64,000 nucleotides of DNA from Azolla caroliniana (taxonomy: Eukaryota; Plantae; Polypodiophyta), in NCBI GenBank assembly GCA_043228905.1, contig JBHGNT010000021.1:9548001-9612000 (forward strand). Reading direction: 5' to 3'. Shown one piece after another: positions 11,544 through 26,100 of the stretch. The translations under genes and the position numbers were made by a program. Each line of letters begins with the position of its first letter. Position 1 is the first letter of the stretch. Below the pieces are notes generated by a model, which was given only the letters and a program-made list of their open reading frames with translations, made no database searches and was not told where the DNA came from.

Positions 11544-13957
11544 CGGACAATGAGACTTGGAACCTTGTTGACGCACCGAAGGGTGTAAAGCCGATCGGAT
11601 GTAGATGGGTGTTTAATGTGAAATACAACACCAACGGCTCGGTCAACTTATATAAGGCCCATTTGGTTACGAAAGGCAAAGCACAACAGCACGGCGTAGA
11701 TTACGATGAGACCTTCGCCCCAATCACGAAGATGACTACCGTGCGAGTTCTGCTAGCCGTAGCGGTGACGGAGGGGTGGCATCTACATAAAATGGATGTA
11801 AAGAATGCATTCCTGCAAGGTGATCTTGAGGAACAAGTGTACATGGTACAACCCCTTGGTTTTCTATCCGAACAGAACACTTCGGCAGTCTGCCGATTGA
11901 AGAAGGCATTGTACGGACTTAAGCAAGCCCCGCGAGCTTGGAACACAATGATTACGCAACGGTTGCGTAGAATGGGGTTTACAACATCAAAGTCAGACTC
12001 CTTGTTGTTCGTTCGGCAAGGTCGACATGGACCGGTTTGTCTTTTACTTTATGTTGATGATTTAGTCATCGTCGGTGCCGACCTGGAAGAAATCGGCCGC
12101 GTAAAGTCTCAGCTTCCGGCATCATTCGAAATGAAGGATCTTGGTGACCTTCATTACTTCCTCGGGATCGAAGTGATCCGTTCCCCCAAGGCATATTGAT
12201 CAGTCAGCGTGATTACGCACTTAATATGCTCTTCAAGTTCGGGATGGCAGATTGTAAGCCCATCTCGACCCCTCTTGATAGAAACGTAAAGCTTCACTGA
12301 GATTCGGGAAAGGCATGCGACCCGACACGGTTTCGACAAATTGTCGGAAGCCTCATCTACTTGACGATCACTCGGTCGGACCTCAGCTATCCAGTTGGAA
12401 TGATCAGTCAATTTATGTCGCAGCCCACGACCGAACACCTACACCTTTAGTGCGCACAAAGGATATTACGATATGTCAGTGGCATGAAAGACATCGCGTT
12501 ATTGTATTGTGTAGACGTAGCTGAGCAGTTAGTCGACTACATGGATGCCGATTGGGCGAAAATGCCCACGATCGTAGATCCACATCCGGATACGCATTCT
12601 CATTGGGAAGTGAGGTGATCGCGTGGAGTAGTATGAAGTCGCCGACAGTAGCACTGTCGAGAACTGAGGCCGAATATTGAGGGGCGACTGCCGCTACGTG
12701 CGAAGTCATTTGGCTGAAATGGCTATTACGAGATTTGCATGTAGAGTTGTCTGATCCAATGACGATCTACTGTGACAACCTCAACAACATCCACCATGCG
12801 AAAAACCCTGTATTCCACTCTCAGACTAAGCACAATTAGGTGCACTACCATTTTGTCCGCGAGCGTGTCCTTTCTGGTGAAATCAAATTGGTGTACGTTC
12901 CAACGGGTCGGCATATTGCCAACATCTTCACCAAGCCCCTTGGTCTCGACAAGTTACGACATTTCTCGATTGAGCTGGGTTTGCATCACCTTGACACGCC
13001 GAACTTGAGGGGGAGACAGGAACAGGAACAGGAGCGTGAAAGGAGTGTGAAAGGAGCGGCAATAATCGAGCTGCCGAATCGGATGAAGAATTCGATTTCG
13101 GGTCGGCTGAAGAAGCGGAAGAAAGGGGTTGTAATCGCAAGGAAGAGTGGGAGACAGCTAAACAAAGGGAAACAAAGCCAAGAAAGGCATAAAGGCCAAG
13201 ACTAAGACATGGTCAGATGGAGTTAAGGTCCTGAAGAGAGAAGACAAATTGGAAACAACCAATTCGAGTGAAAGCGGGAATGAATCGGAAATGTTCGATT
13301 CGGATACGCCAAATCAACTAAGGGCCAAGCGGAGAAAAGAGCAGCAAAATAGGCGCCAACACCGCGACAGCAAGGGAGCTGAGAAATGCCACATGAGCAG
13401 AAAAGTCGACCAAAAGGTCAAAGTGCGCGGAATCGGACGGGTCGAGGAGCGCGAGTGAGGCGTGAAGCCGGGAGAAGCTGGAGCAAAGATCCGGAAAAGC
13501 ATATGGAACCTCAACTTGAGCTTGAGGGGGAGTGTTGAGAGACAAGCTCAACATTGGGTGTGTAAACGGGTGCGTAACCCAGTGTGTAGATTGGGTGCGT
13601 AAAATCGTACGCAAAATATGGTCGTGGCAGTGTTTAAACAGAAAGGCCGTTAGAACGTTATTCCTCGTAAGGAATAGTTTTGGGAGTTAGTGTAGAAGGC
13701 TCCTTTATGAGCAGTCAAGTACTGTCAGTACTTGTGTCAGCCCGATAGTCAGGGCTTGTATAAAAGGTGCTCACTGAGCACGAAATATGTATAGAGAACA
13801 TACAGAGAATTATTTTTTAATATAGTTTTGTATTTTCTGCTCACTCTGTCTCTCCCTCTCCTTCTCTGTGATTTCTACGTTTTATCGAATTGTCGTACTT
13901 CCGAACCGTGTACTCTGTGCTCTTACGCATATGCTTCCACACACTTATTCTTTTACA
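11544..13957 (+). mobile_element. Copia C (relative of B): RT-RH, extension, PPT and 3' LTR (13533-13957); host of B
   Basis: RT resumes directly after the B LTR ('DNETWNLVDAPKGVKPIG'). PPT at 13524-13532. LTR TGTTGAGAGACAAGCTCAAC...TTTTACA. Confidence 0.9.
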
Positions 13958-14600
13958 GTTGTCAACCACAGAGGCAGAGTACATGGCAGTTGTGGAAGCC
14001 GGCAAGGAGATAATCTAAATGAAGGACTTCATCGGAGAGTTAGGGATCCAACAGGAGGAATATCAGCTCTACTACGACAATCAAAGTGTCGTCCACCTTG
14101 CGACGAACGCGGCCTACCATTCCAAGATGAAACATATCCAGCGGAGGTACCACTAGATCTGGGAGAGAGTAGAAGATCAAGAGTTCGCGCTGACAAAGAT
14201 CCACACGGAGGAGAACGGGTAGGATATGCTGACCAAGGTGTTGACAATCAACAAGCTGGACGTGTGGCGAAAGCAGTTTGGGTTGACGAGATATCCCATG
14301 CCGGAGTGAAGGGGGAGATTGTTGGGAAGTCGATCCCTCCAAATGGGATCCGGTTATGAATGAACAGGACCCGGTGAGAACTGGAATAGATCCGCAAACC
14401 GGATTGGATGGACCCGGTGAGAACCGAAAGAGAAGACATATTTGTAAATATGTTTTGAGTAAGCTTATTGAGGCTATATTTGTAAATAGCCCTAAGTTCA
14501 TATGAGTATAAATATGAACTAGGGCAATCACAGAAGGTAGTGTTGTCATATTGTTGTATGTGCCTAACTGTTGTATACAGAGAAAAATTTCCGGTATGGG
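13958..14600 (+). mobile_element. Copia A 3' end: RNase H, PPT and partial 3' LTR (from 14320)
   Basis: 'LSTTEAEYMAVVEAGKEII' resumes after the C LTR; homologous to about 36591-36960. GAAGGGGGAG then TGTTGGGA. Right boundary approximate. Confidence 0.8.
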
Positions 14601-14673
14601 CTAGAGACTTTGCCCAACACTGGTTGTGAGTGAGTGTGATGACTTCTTGACTGGACTGGACTGAGGGAGGCCC

Positions 14674-14878
14674 CTCATGATGGTCCACTCCATTTATGTA
14701 CATCAAGTCATCACTCCTTTTTCTGTTTTGATTAACCCTATTGTTTTTGTAGATATGGTTTGAAATTGTTCTCATGGTGGTCCACTCCATTCATAGCTCC
14801 CCTACATCTAGTCATCACTCCTTTTTCTTTTTTCAAATTTATTGTTTTTTGCGGATATGGTTTGAAATTCTCCTCATG
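14674..14878. repeat. Degenerate tandem duplication of about 100 bp
   Basis: 'ctcatg.tggtccactccatt...gtcatcactcctttttct...tattgtttttg..gatatggtttgaaatt' occurs twice. Confidence 0.8.
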
Positions 14879-15779
14879 TATTCACCTTGTCGATAAAATA
14901 TTAGACTCGGTCTCTCGCTGCCTCTCCTTACCTAATTCGTCAGCACTAACTTTGGTTCTCCAACAACCCAATCGATGTGGAAAGCATATGGCTTTGAATA
15001 TATATATACATGCACCTATTGTATAAAATATAATTGTGCAATTGAGTATTTGTCTTTTTTATTTGTAAATTAAGGAATCTGACATGACAATGTTGGTGAC
15101 GATCTATTCATTCTAGGTTGGTATTGAATATGCTCAACCCCACATTACAAGGGAACAACCTGAAATTTCATGTATTCTTGAACACATTTGCCACATTGTG
15201 TGAATGACCAAAAAAAAGTGACCTTTTAACACTTCATGTTACGAAGTTGTAAAATAGCTACTTATGTATCCAAAAAGATGAGAAATGGATAGAAAGAAAG
15301 GAGAAAAGTTTTTTTACCTAATCTTGAACCTCATCTCATACGTCTAATGAGGTATTGACGTGAGATTCTGATAACAATTATTGTTTGCCGAGGATAAGTT
15401 TACATCATGACATCATGTTATGGCTTGTAATAATGACCATCCGATGACATCCTCCCAAAGGGGATTCAAGTAACAACTCTTCGATTAATTCCAATTGAGT
15501 CATATTTCTCACAAATACAAAATTTCCTAAATTCCACCATGAACGAAATTTTGAACTTTGGCAATCTCATGGAGCTCAGGAAGCCCATGTCACTAATATG
15601 CAATTGGGTACAAGTAGACGAGATGAATATCAAGTAAACCATCCCTTGTTAAACCAATTACAAGACTCCAAAAAAGAAGAGAATAGAAGAAGCATATGTG
15701 TAGGGTTTGGTCATGAGAGTCTCATTTTGAGCCCTATTTTAAGTCAGATAGTAGGAAGATTGTGTAAATCTATCAAGAA

Positions 15780-16290
15780 CTTGAGGTAAAGCCACTACTT
15801 TGTGGCGTGGGCTTTGTACTGCTAGGAAATTGCAAGATACTTGGATAGACTTTGTCACAGTTTTCAAAGGTCAGTTTCTACAACCTCCATCTCGCACCAA
15901 AGCAAGAGAAACACCCATAGCTCTGTGTAGCCAAAAAAATTCTTCTTTGAGTATTATCTTTACCATGCTAAAACCTAGATTCAAAATTCTATTCTTGAAT
16001 AGACAATTTGTTAATTGCTTGTTTTATCAATGGCATCTCGAATTCAAACTATCATTAGATAGTGCATGAGAAAGATCCAAAATCCTTCAAAGAGGAAGTT
16101 GAAATTGTTTAGTTATCAATGCACTTCAAAGGACCATAATTAACTAGAAATGTGCAAGACCAAACCGTTATCAATTCACTAAAAAATACAAGACACCCAA
16201 CGACTTCTTAAATTGCAAGTTTAAATGACCAACTCTTTTTTATGTTTTGCGAAAAAAAGGGTCACACAAACACGTAAATCAAAAGCTCCA
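15780..16290 (+). mobile_element. Possible ancient retrotransposon gag relic
   Basis: 'TWIDFVTVFKGQFL' resembles a retrotransposon gag helix, and 'CEKKGH' near 16250 resembles a zinc-knuckle remnant. Heavily decayed. Confidence 0.35.
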
Positions 16291-17197
16291 ACACAAAGAA
16301 GACGATCATGAAAACAAGCTAGAGACTACAAAGGTCAAATTCTTGATGTCCTTGAGATCGATACTTATCTCATATCGAAAGTAGTTGTAAATGTTCTCTC
16401 TCACCATATCTTTAGAGCCATTGATTTATTATGTGCACATAGGTATATATCAATGAATCAAGTACAATTCTTCTTTGGCTCAAGAAGTTAACATTTGTTA
16501 ATGATCATTTGGTTCAAACATTGGAACTTTAACCCACCATACATGACCACACCTATATGGTTCAATTGGCTGATAGAAGACTGCAATACATCAAGTCAGT
16601 TCTTTTAAGTTGTCCAACAAAGATCAAATGGTATTAACTTGATCCCTACATTCCGTAATGGAATTTAGTATATAGGTGCATTTGATGATATTTGAGCTTA
16701 GGTACATGAGCTAGTAAAAACTTGGTTTACCACTCAAATATAGAGAGGTAATGTAAAAATTAACTCCTTAAGCTGTGGAAGATGCAAAAAAAGTCCAAAA
16801 GTACAACATATTGTCCATCGAGCTAGATAGCACATTCCATATTTCATATATAATGAATTTTAAATACAAATCTCTACACAAGTCTTAGGTGAATGATAGT
16901 GATTACAACTTCAAGCACTGTCCTTATGTCTTAAAAGGTTGGCAAAACTTGGATTATTTTACTAAAAATGTTGGCGAAAATTAACAGAGGAAGCCAGCCA
17001 ACTAGAGCACAAACACTGATGATGTGCTCTCAAATTTATTCTGAAGCCATGCACATAAAGAAGTCCCCATTTACAGATAAATGAAATGCATAGAAAAAGT
17101 AGATAGTCTATATACAATATATACCACTTTATGCATGTTACCCATCGAAATTATAAGAAGCCAACTCGAACCGAAACATTGGAAAACGTGAATTTCC

Positions 17198-20100
17198 TTA
17201 AACACTCAATTTCGGTTGGAAATCATGCACTGCAAATGCTTGAGTAAACTCATCGGCACAAGCCATCCTTATTCTTTCGGGTGTAGCAGGACTATCAAGT
17301 ACAAAGAAGCCATGGTGTCCTTGCTCTTTTCTGGCTGACATAATAGCATCCTTTATAGCAAAAAATACTGAAGATGCAAGAAATAGAGGCGGCTCTCCCA
17401 CCGCTTTGGACGAATGGATAGCCCTAATATTGGGTGCATCCTAACCAAATTTCAAAAGAAACCTTTCAGCCAAAATCTCGGAAAGACCACATCATGGAAG
17501 GAACGAAAATATGAACAAACCAATAAAAAGTCCTAGAAAACATAGAGAGCATAGAATGACCATAGAAATAACAAACCTTTAGAAGGGAAACCCGAAAGTC
17601 ACAAGGAATATCATTCGCTGTTGGTAGTTTGTATGTTCCTGGACCTTGTGTAAAGAGACTGCCAGGTTTCAACCATTGATGTTCTTTATCACCCCATTTT
17701 ACCTCCTCTAGTGCTATCCATCCCATTCCTTGCACAAACGCTCCCTCAACCTGTGATTTTAAATTAATTAATGATAGCTCAAAATCTTATAAATTAAGCT
17801 TGTTACACAGAAGTGAGACCACAAAATGAATGTGCTAAAAAAGAGATTGACCTGTCCAACGTCAATAGCAGGATTTAGTGATGATCCTAGGTCCATTACA
17901 ATATCAGCCCTCAGAGTTTGAAAGTCTCCCGTGAGGGTATCAATCTCTACCTCAGCAAAAGCAGCTCCAAAAGTAAAGTAGTTGAAGGGTTTTCCCTTGC
18001 CAATGCTCCAGTCAAATCCAATATCAGGAGTAGCATAAAATCCATGAGCTGACAGATCGATACGCTGGAAATAGCAAGCACTCGCCAACTGGATGCCAAA
18101 TTACGTTACATTTTAGTATCCTTCTGTACTTCATTAGTTGATGCTTTTCTATCATTCTAACTTGAGAAAAAAATAAGCAGCAGCAGCAAATATCGTTTAC
18201 ATTCCAAAGTCTAGGAAGATTATTCCAATATAAAGTGGTGAAATCATTATGATTTATTTACTTTTTATTGTGAAAAAGGAAGATTGAAGAGACATATTTA
18301 TGTGCCTGGAATACATTGAAAGCATATACAACCAATTCAGAACCACAAATGGTATTCACTCATACAAAAAGAAAAGACACAGAAGAATGATAATAGATCA
18401 TGGGCCATGATGATTTACATCACAAGCCAAAAATACCTCTTCAAATGATGAAAACGTTCCCTTCTCAGCCACAGGCTTCATGCGAGACTTTATTTCTTCA
18501 CATGCATTTAGAACTGCCTGACCATACAAGTCTGAGCTTGCTGAAGCTGCTGTTGGAGAAGCATTTGGAACCTGATGGTTTAGTAAATTGACGAAGATGA
18601 ATAAATTTTTAATAGTAACAAAATCTCAGCAAGATAAATAGACTTTTTATTTAAGCCCACAAAAATATGGTGAACCTTATCTGTGCTTGTCTCAGAGATA
18701 AACACTGAACTCAAAGGAATACTAAATGAACTAGCCGCAATCTGTGCAATTTTGGTATGCAATCCCTGTCCCATTTCAACTCCACCATGTGTGACAAGAA
18801 CAGTTCCATCTGTATATACTTGAACTAAAGCCCCTGCCTAAAAGACATATTGAGATTAATAAAATACATTGAAAAGCTTCAAATAAGGAACATTGATCAC
18901 ATCTTCCTGGGTCTATGACTGATATGTTAAGCAGTCTATAGTCCAAATCTAATTAAAGGCTTATAGTCGACATTGAGTATTTGAACAGTGAGTGCGGAAA
19001 AATGAAACCAAAATCCAAGGTGTATGTTAGAGTATTAATCATGGGTCTATCAATCCATGCAACCATGGGCAAACACACAAAGGTATGATATGTATCACTT
19101 TTCTGACATTGTATAATGAGTTTTACCCCCAGAATTATAACAAGCAAAGCTGTCAATTGTTTTCATCGATTTTCCAGGATTCCACATAATTTATACAATA
19201 AGATGTGAATTACTGACAACAATAACGTGAGCATGTGTGGAAAAGCAGGTGATTCCATGTTTCACACTGTAAACTATGTGAAAAATGAGCGTAGAGTTCC
19301 AGACTTGAAAAAGATGGCATAAAGTGAGTTCAGCAAAGAAGGAATGTACTGAGGTAAATACATTAATATCCTTTTAATGCATTTTCTAGATTCACTGCTT
19401 AATCATGTTAAATAATAAAAAAGCTTGTAACAAGAGCCTTTTCTGGAGAGGGCCTTCAAGGCGTTATAGCATCAAGGGCATGGTATCAATGGATTGAGAA
19501 GATTCTGGTACAAGAAATATGATTCACGATTTGTGAGGAATATGAAATCAACATAAAGGTAGCAAACGTCTGTGTCTGGTGGTGTTGCATAATGGCAAAT
19601 AATGAAATCGATATATTGTGACTTGCTTCATATTCAGTTTGACAGCAGCCTTGAGTCCATACCCCCTATATATATCATCATTCATACTACCTAATGGCAA
19701 ATTTTGGTGGATTGCATAACACAATCATGGAGAGATAAATAACACAAACAGCCAATAACTTCACTAGCATTCCAATGGTGACTGAATCCAAAACCAATTG
19801 GGTACAGTAAAATAAAATCAGTACTATCAATATAATGAGCCCTAGATAGTGTACAGAATAGAAAGTCTCTGATGCAGACTTCATTGCAATCGCCAAAAAA
19901 GAAGGCCAAGATGTGTTGGGGACTGCAACTCCATCACATTGCAAAAAATTTAACTGACATTGGCAATTTAGTTCTATGACTCTAACTTAGAGAGTGGAAG
20001 TGAGGTAACTCTTCATATAATTTCCAAAGGGAGCCAAAGAGTGTTTAGGGGACTGCGACTCCACACATTGAAAAATATTTAACTAAGACTTGGAGATGAA

Positions 20101-23100
20101 TACAACAAATCTAAGTCTAAGAGGGAAAGTGAGGAACCTGATTCATGAACTTTGCAGTGAAAGATATGCCAAACTTCGTTGGCACCATCGCAACACCACG
20201 TTTTCTCCACTTGTTATCATTATTGAAGGAAATGACCTGAGCTTTCCTGCTTTCAAACTGACAAGACTCCTTCAGTTCACCCCATATACGCTGAATAGTG
20301 TTATGCTCAACAATTTGGCCATAATGCAATTCATAGCCTTCAGCTTGGAAGTTCAATTCCTAAAAAGTTAAATAGCATTAGTTATTAGGGTCAACACAAA
20401 GGCAGCCACTTGACAAGAACCTGTGAATGCAAAAACATGTCCTTCACTATGAAGGGTATATTGAAGAACATGGAACCGTGAAAATGTAGGCGTGCCAACT
20501 AAGGTGAGAAGAAATGCACTTGAAACTTCGTTGGCATATTACATGAACACATTGTATTTTGCTTCACTCTCTAATGCATGAATTTGTGAGCACACATACA
20601 AAATTTGTTTTTAAGATAAAATACTTTATCTACAATCCTATAACAAACAAGGCAAGAAGTCTATAGAAACTTTGAACAAATCATCAAAAAAACCAATGCA
20701 AGTAAATAAAAATTGGATCAATCATTTAAAGCAATCATCATCCATGACATGGAGAATGGTCTTCTATCATCCCAAAAGCTAGTGCACAATCACAGGATAA
20801 GTGAAGGGAAGAGAAAAAATAGAAAGTCTTTCATCATATAAACAGTGCAAATGAAGATATCCATCCAGCCAATGAAAATATTCTAAGAGCCAGCACATTG
20901 GTAAATGGGGAGCCCAAAGACGTATTTTTGTTGATAATAGGGAAGTTCAAAAATATTCTTTACATCAAATTGGACACTCACCCTAATTTCTTCAGCTGTT
21001 TTGTGGAGTGTACATGCTACGTTCTCAATCCAATTCTCAGCAATAAGCATCCCTTGGGGACCACCAAATCCCCGGAATGCTGTATTGCTGGCCAAATTTG
21101 TATAGCACACCTTTCCAGTTATTCTTACATTAGGGATTGCATAAACATTGTCTGAATGAAAAATTGCTCTTTCCAAGACTGAAAGGGAGAGATCAAGAGA
21201 ATTTCCACCATTATTATAAATTTCCAGATCTAAAGCCTGAATCTCTCCATCCTTTGTAAAGGCCACCTATGAACATATCCGACAAATAGAAAATGTTACT
21301 CATAACTTTCGGAAAAGAAAGTCTTATTGATTTCTGTTACTAACCTTATATTTCCCTAGAAAAGGATGCCTTTGTCCCGTGATGAGCATGTCAACATCTC
21401 TATCTAGAGTTAATTTTACAGGTCGATTAAGGAGATATGCAGGTACAGCAGCTGCTGCTGCAACAAAAGCTGATTTTGTTTCTTTACCACCAAAGCCACC
21501 ACCAATTCTTTTTGTCTTGCAAACAACTTTATTCATCGGTATGCCCAGAACATGAGATACATAGCTTTGGTGTTTTTGAGGTGACTATTAATATCATAAC
21601 ACAAGAAATTATTTGTGAGTATCTATAAAAATGCAACTATATGATATGCATAGTTATATGAGCCACAAGACATTGTGCATATCTAAGTGCATTTGTATGG
21701 AGACACATGGTAAGTCAATATCTACATACAAAAGCATCCCTGCACATACAATAGTTTAGAAGAATGCACATGATATAAGAGATTGCATGCATTCAAGTAC
21801 ATCATACAAAGTTTCTTTTCGATAAATAGCAATTGTTATGTAGATAAGCAGCACATCATTAAATTAACCTACAATAGGCCCCTGGAAGAGTCATTCATCA
21901 TAGAAGCAGTTTCAGGGCCCTGAAGAGATTCCAATTAGATAACAAAAATGGTAGAACTTGGTGTAACTGTGATCAGCCAACGTACAAAAGTCACAAGTCT
22001 TAGTAAATGGCTATCTGTATGTCAATCATGTATAATCTTATATGACGTAGATCAACAAGAATTAATGTTTAATGCATATTCATAATTCTGTTAAATGCAT
22101 AAAAATTTAAACATTTATACTTCCATAAACACAATGTTAAAAACCAAGTCTTGTACTTACAAATACAGAAAACATGGTTGCACAACATGGAACAGTATGA
22201 CAAAAATCGAAAGTACTCAATGGTATACCTGAGTTGAAGAAATCATAAATACTTCATTGCCACCATCAGATGTCCAAACAAGTGAACAGTTTGGTTCCAG
22301 ATAAAAGTGCTCCTGTCCACCCATTCTCACACTTCCTTCAACAACGTGGTCAGATTTCCCACTCAGAAAGTAAGAATCAACATCACCCTTTTGAAGGGAA
22401 CGATGTGTATTAGGATGAAAGGACCCCATTTTTATGGCATCCTCAATGCTTAGAACTGCAGGAAGTTCCTCATAGCTAATTTTTACTTTTTGAGCGGCCA
22501 TCTTTGCATTATCATGTGTATCAGCAACAACTATTCCAATTGCCTGTACATAAAAGACCGTTCATTATAATTAGATAATTTAGTTTCAGCATAGACAATT
22601 GAACGGAATGCAATTTTGAAGGTGTATTATGTATATGCTAAGGGAATGAGAAAGCTGAGGAATAGAAAATTGCTTTAAGAAAGATTGGAAGAAAGAAAAG
22701 AGATATATTAATGTCTTCTAAGAGGCCAAATCAAAAGTAGATTGACTACACTAGAGGGAAAGACAATACTTACTTCAAGGTCAGCAGAAAATCTATGCTG
22801 TCAGAGCAGAGTACATTGCAGCCAAGGAGAAAATGGAGTAATATCTTACCAAAGAGACCATCTCAAATATCACGAAAGAGAAAATGATACATGTCTAAGA
22901 TTTAGTAAAGTTGAAATTTATGCCAGCCAAGGAGAAAATGGAGTAATATTTTACCAAAGAGACCATCTCAAATATCAAGAAAGAGAAAATGATACATGTC
23001 TAAGATTTAGTAAAGTTGAAATTTATGCCAGCCAAGGAGAAAATGGAGTAATATCTTACCAAAGAGACCATCTCAAATATCAAGAAAGAGAAAATGATAC

Positions 23101-26100
23101 ATGTCTAAGATTTAGTAAAGTTGAAATTTATGCAAGAAAGCTATTGCAACAGACGAAACATGAATATTGACAATGATCAGAATTATGAGAAGAGAATCTA
23201 CAGCAATCCTTCCCTCAATGATTGTCGAAACCATGTTCTAGAATCAGTTGTACACCCAGAAGAACAACACTCAAGATGTACAAGTTATGTGACTACAAGG
23301 TACCAAATCTCGGCGAATAAGGTCCTGGATTTAGTTTTGTTATAGTCTGCATCAAATTATAACTACATAAATGGTCACATCCTCTTCACAGGGGGGGCAG
23401 ATGTTATCGTCGTACAAGCCCCGCAAGAGATTGTGCTTTGCTTTGCACAAGAGAACAGTAGTTGACACCAGCAGACAGAGCGTAGATGACACCTCAGTCG
23501 GTCACAGTTACTCCATATAGACATGCATGTGGACAGACAGAAAACTAGGAAGTCATAAAGAAAACTAGCAATCTAGGGAGCTGCATCTAGGTAGGACCAA
23601 AATAATGCTCTATATAAAATTGAAAACAGTAAAGGGTGAATTTTTGGTTTATGATATACCTTTAGTTGACTATCAATTCAAAGAGAAGATCTATATTTTT
23701 ATGTATTGAGTGAGATTCACAAAACAAATTGTCAACAAACAAAAGGAAGTTCATAAATAGAGGTGGACCAAGCTGTAGCTCAATCTGTCAATGTAAAAAC
23801 ACACAATTACCTGGCCAACGCAAGTGACTGTGTCTGATGCAAAAAGTTCTTCATCATATATTATAGCACCAATAGTATTGCTGCCAGGAATATCTTTTGC
23901 TGAAAAAAACCCTTCAAATCCACTAACACTCATTGCATCTGAAGCATCAATGGACATAATGTGAGCATGTGGCTTTGTACTCAACACAAGAGCAGCATGC
24001 AAACCAGACGGTAGCACCTGGACATCATCAGTATACTCCGCTTCACCCGTTACCTATACCAGAGTGTGGTAAAAATCATAAGTAAAACAGTAAATTATTA
24101 ACTGTTCATATATGACAGATCAATTTCTTGCTTTAACCTGACGCCTTGCAGACATATGCATGGTGGGATAACCAACTGCATCTCCACTCTCTGAAGCCTG
24201 ATAGGTTTGGGAGCTAACACTGGGAGGCCTATGATGATTCATCACAGCTGACTTGTAAGTATTGGGAAAATTATGACACAATTTGCCTTCATGCTCAAGC
24301 TTAAAAGCCAAAAACAAAAAAAATTTGAAGAAGAAACTGGCCACTAAGGACGATCGGAACTCTTCCATTCCACCTGGTGCATTCTTTTGGATCACAATAT
24401 CCTCTTGCAACACCTTGAGGGATTTTCTCAGTGTGATCTCATTCCATTCACTACCCAATAAAAGTTCTTCTGTTCGCCTAGCACACAAAGGAAGAGGTCC
24501 AACGCCACCATACACTAATGATGCATCGCCTACAACTAGGGTTCCACCTCTCTCAACAAATGAGACTCTCATACCTGCATTGACCAAAGCAATGTCATCA
24601 TCCCTTCTATGGGCTTGCTTGAACTCCTTCACATATTCATATTTCTTCGTCCATGGAAGAAAGACAGAAAGGAGTATCTCATTTTTCTCTAATGCAACTT
24701 TTCTATATGCTAAAAAGAAGTCTGCTGCATTCACTGACCTCGCTGATCCTTCATGATCCATAATTCTAAATAATGCATTACTAGCTATCCACAGAGGATT
24801 TAAGTCTGAGATTGGGCTAGCTGTGCAGATGTTACCACCAATTGAAGCTACATTTCTGATTTGAGCTCCAGCAAACCAGCGCAATTGCTCAATGAAGGCA
24901 GCACATGACGATGTTTCGTCAGGTTTCCTTTGCTTTATACAGTTGCGCATAAGTTCTAAGAGTCTTGTCAATGTCACAGAAGATCCTATCTCAATTCCAT
25001 CTCCCTTTATGTTCACAGAATTCAGCTCAGCCACATGTGTAGTGGAGATGAGAACAGGATAAACTAATCTTTTGAATCGTGTTTCTATTGCAACTTCAGT
25101 GTTGCCAACAATCAACTTTGCATCAGGGTACATCTGCTTCAAGCCAAGAAGATCCTTCAATTTGATTGGTCTGAACCAGAGAATGCCATCTCTACCTTGA
25201 AGACGCAAGTATTTGGGTGAAGTAGACATCAGTTCTGGTGGAAAAATAAGCTCTGAATCTACCTTAGAAATGCTAGTTTGCTCATCACATTGAGACCTCA
25301 CTTCTCCATTTTCAGAGCAGTCACAAGGTTTACCGGTTGATGGACATATTTTTCTACCTTCTAGATTCTGGTCCGAAACATGATCTTTCACATTCCCATT
25401 CAAAGCTTCATTTCTATAAGCTAAATCATCTGTCTTCGCAAACACGCGGAAAGCATCTAGAATCGGTCTATATCCTGTACATCGACAGAGATTCCCAGAG
25501 AGATTCTCTTCTATATCCTCCACAGAAGGAGGTTCTTTTCTCGATCTTAAAAGTGCATACATACTCATTACAAAACCTGGTGTGCAGAAACCGCATTGTG
25601 ATCCATGGCTGCTTGCAAGGGATTCCTGAAATAATAAGCCTTAACTCTTTTAGAATAATGAATCATGGAGACATGATATATAACCCATTCATAGATCCAA
25701 ATTCTATGACAAATTTGCAAATTATCCAAGACCTGGATAGGATGCAGTCCTTTATGGCTATTGCCAATGCCTTCCACTGTAATTACATGCATGCCCTCAA
25801 CTGCATAGAGAGGAGTTAAGCATGCATTGATGGCACGGTGGCTGTCGCAATAATATTTTCATATTGTCAGCAAAGCTGAAACACTTGTTTAGAATATCAT
25901 CTCGTTACATTCATTACAGATATCAAAAAAACATTTATTTTCGATGTAAATACAAGCATCAGTAAAAGCTCTTATGCCACAGGGTTGTCCTATGTAACTC
26001 AAAAGTTTAATTTATTCAAGAAGATGGAAATCCTCGCTTATTTCCATATACTTTTACAGTAGCTCACCTCCCTCAATAACAGTGAATAGCGATTACCAGA

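Noticed and set aside
19910-20093. Diverged repeat pair of about 55 bp in XDH intron 9
   Set aside because: Short, decayed local duplication with no structure or coding signal.
22819-23134. CRISPR-like array
   Set aside because: Head-to-tail 105-bp units with no unique spacers, in a eukaryotic intron.
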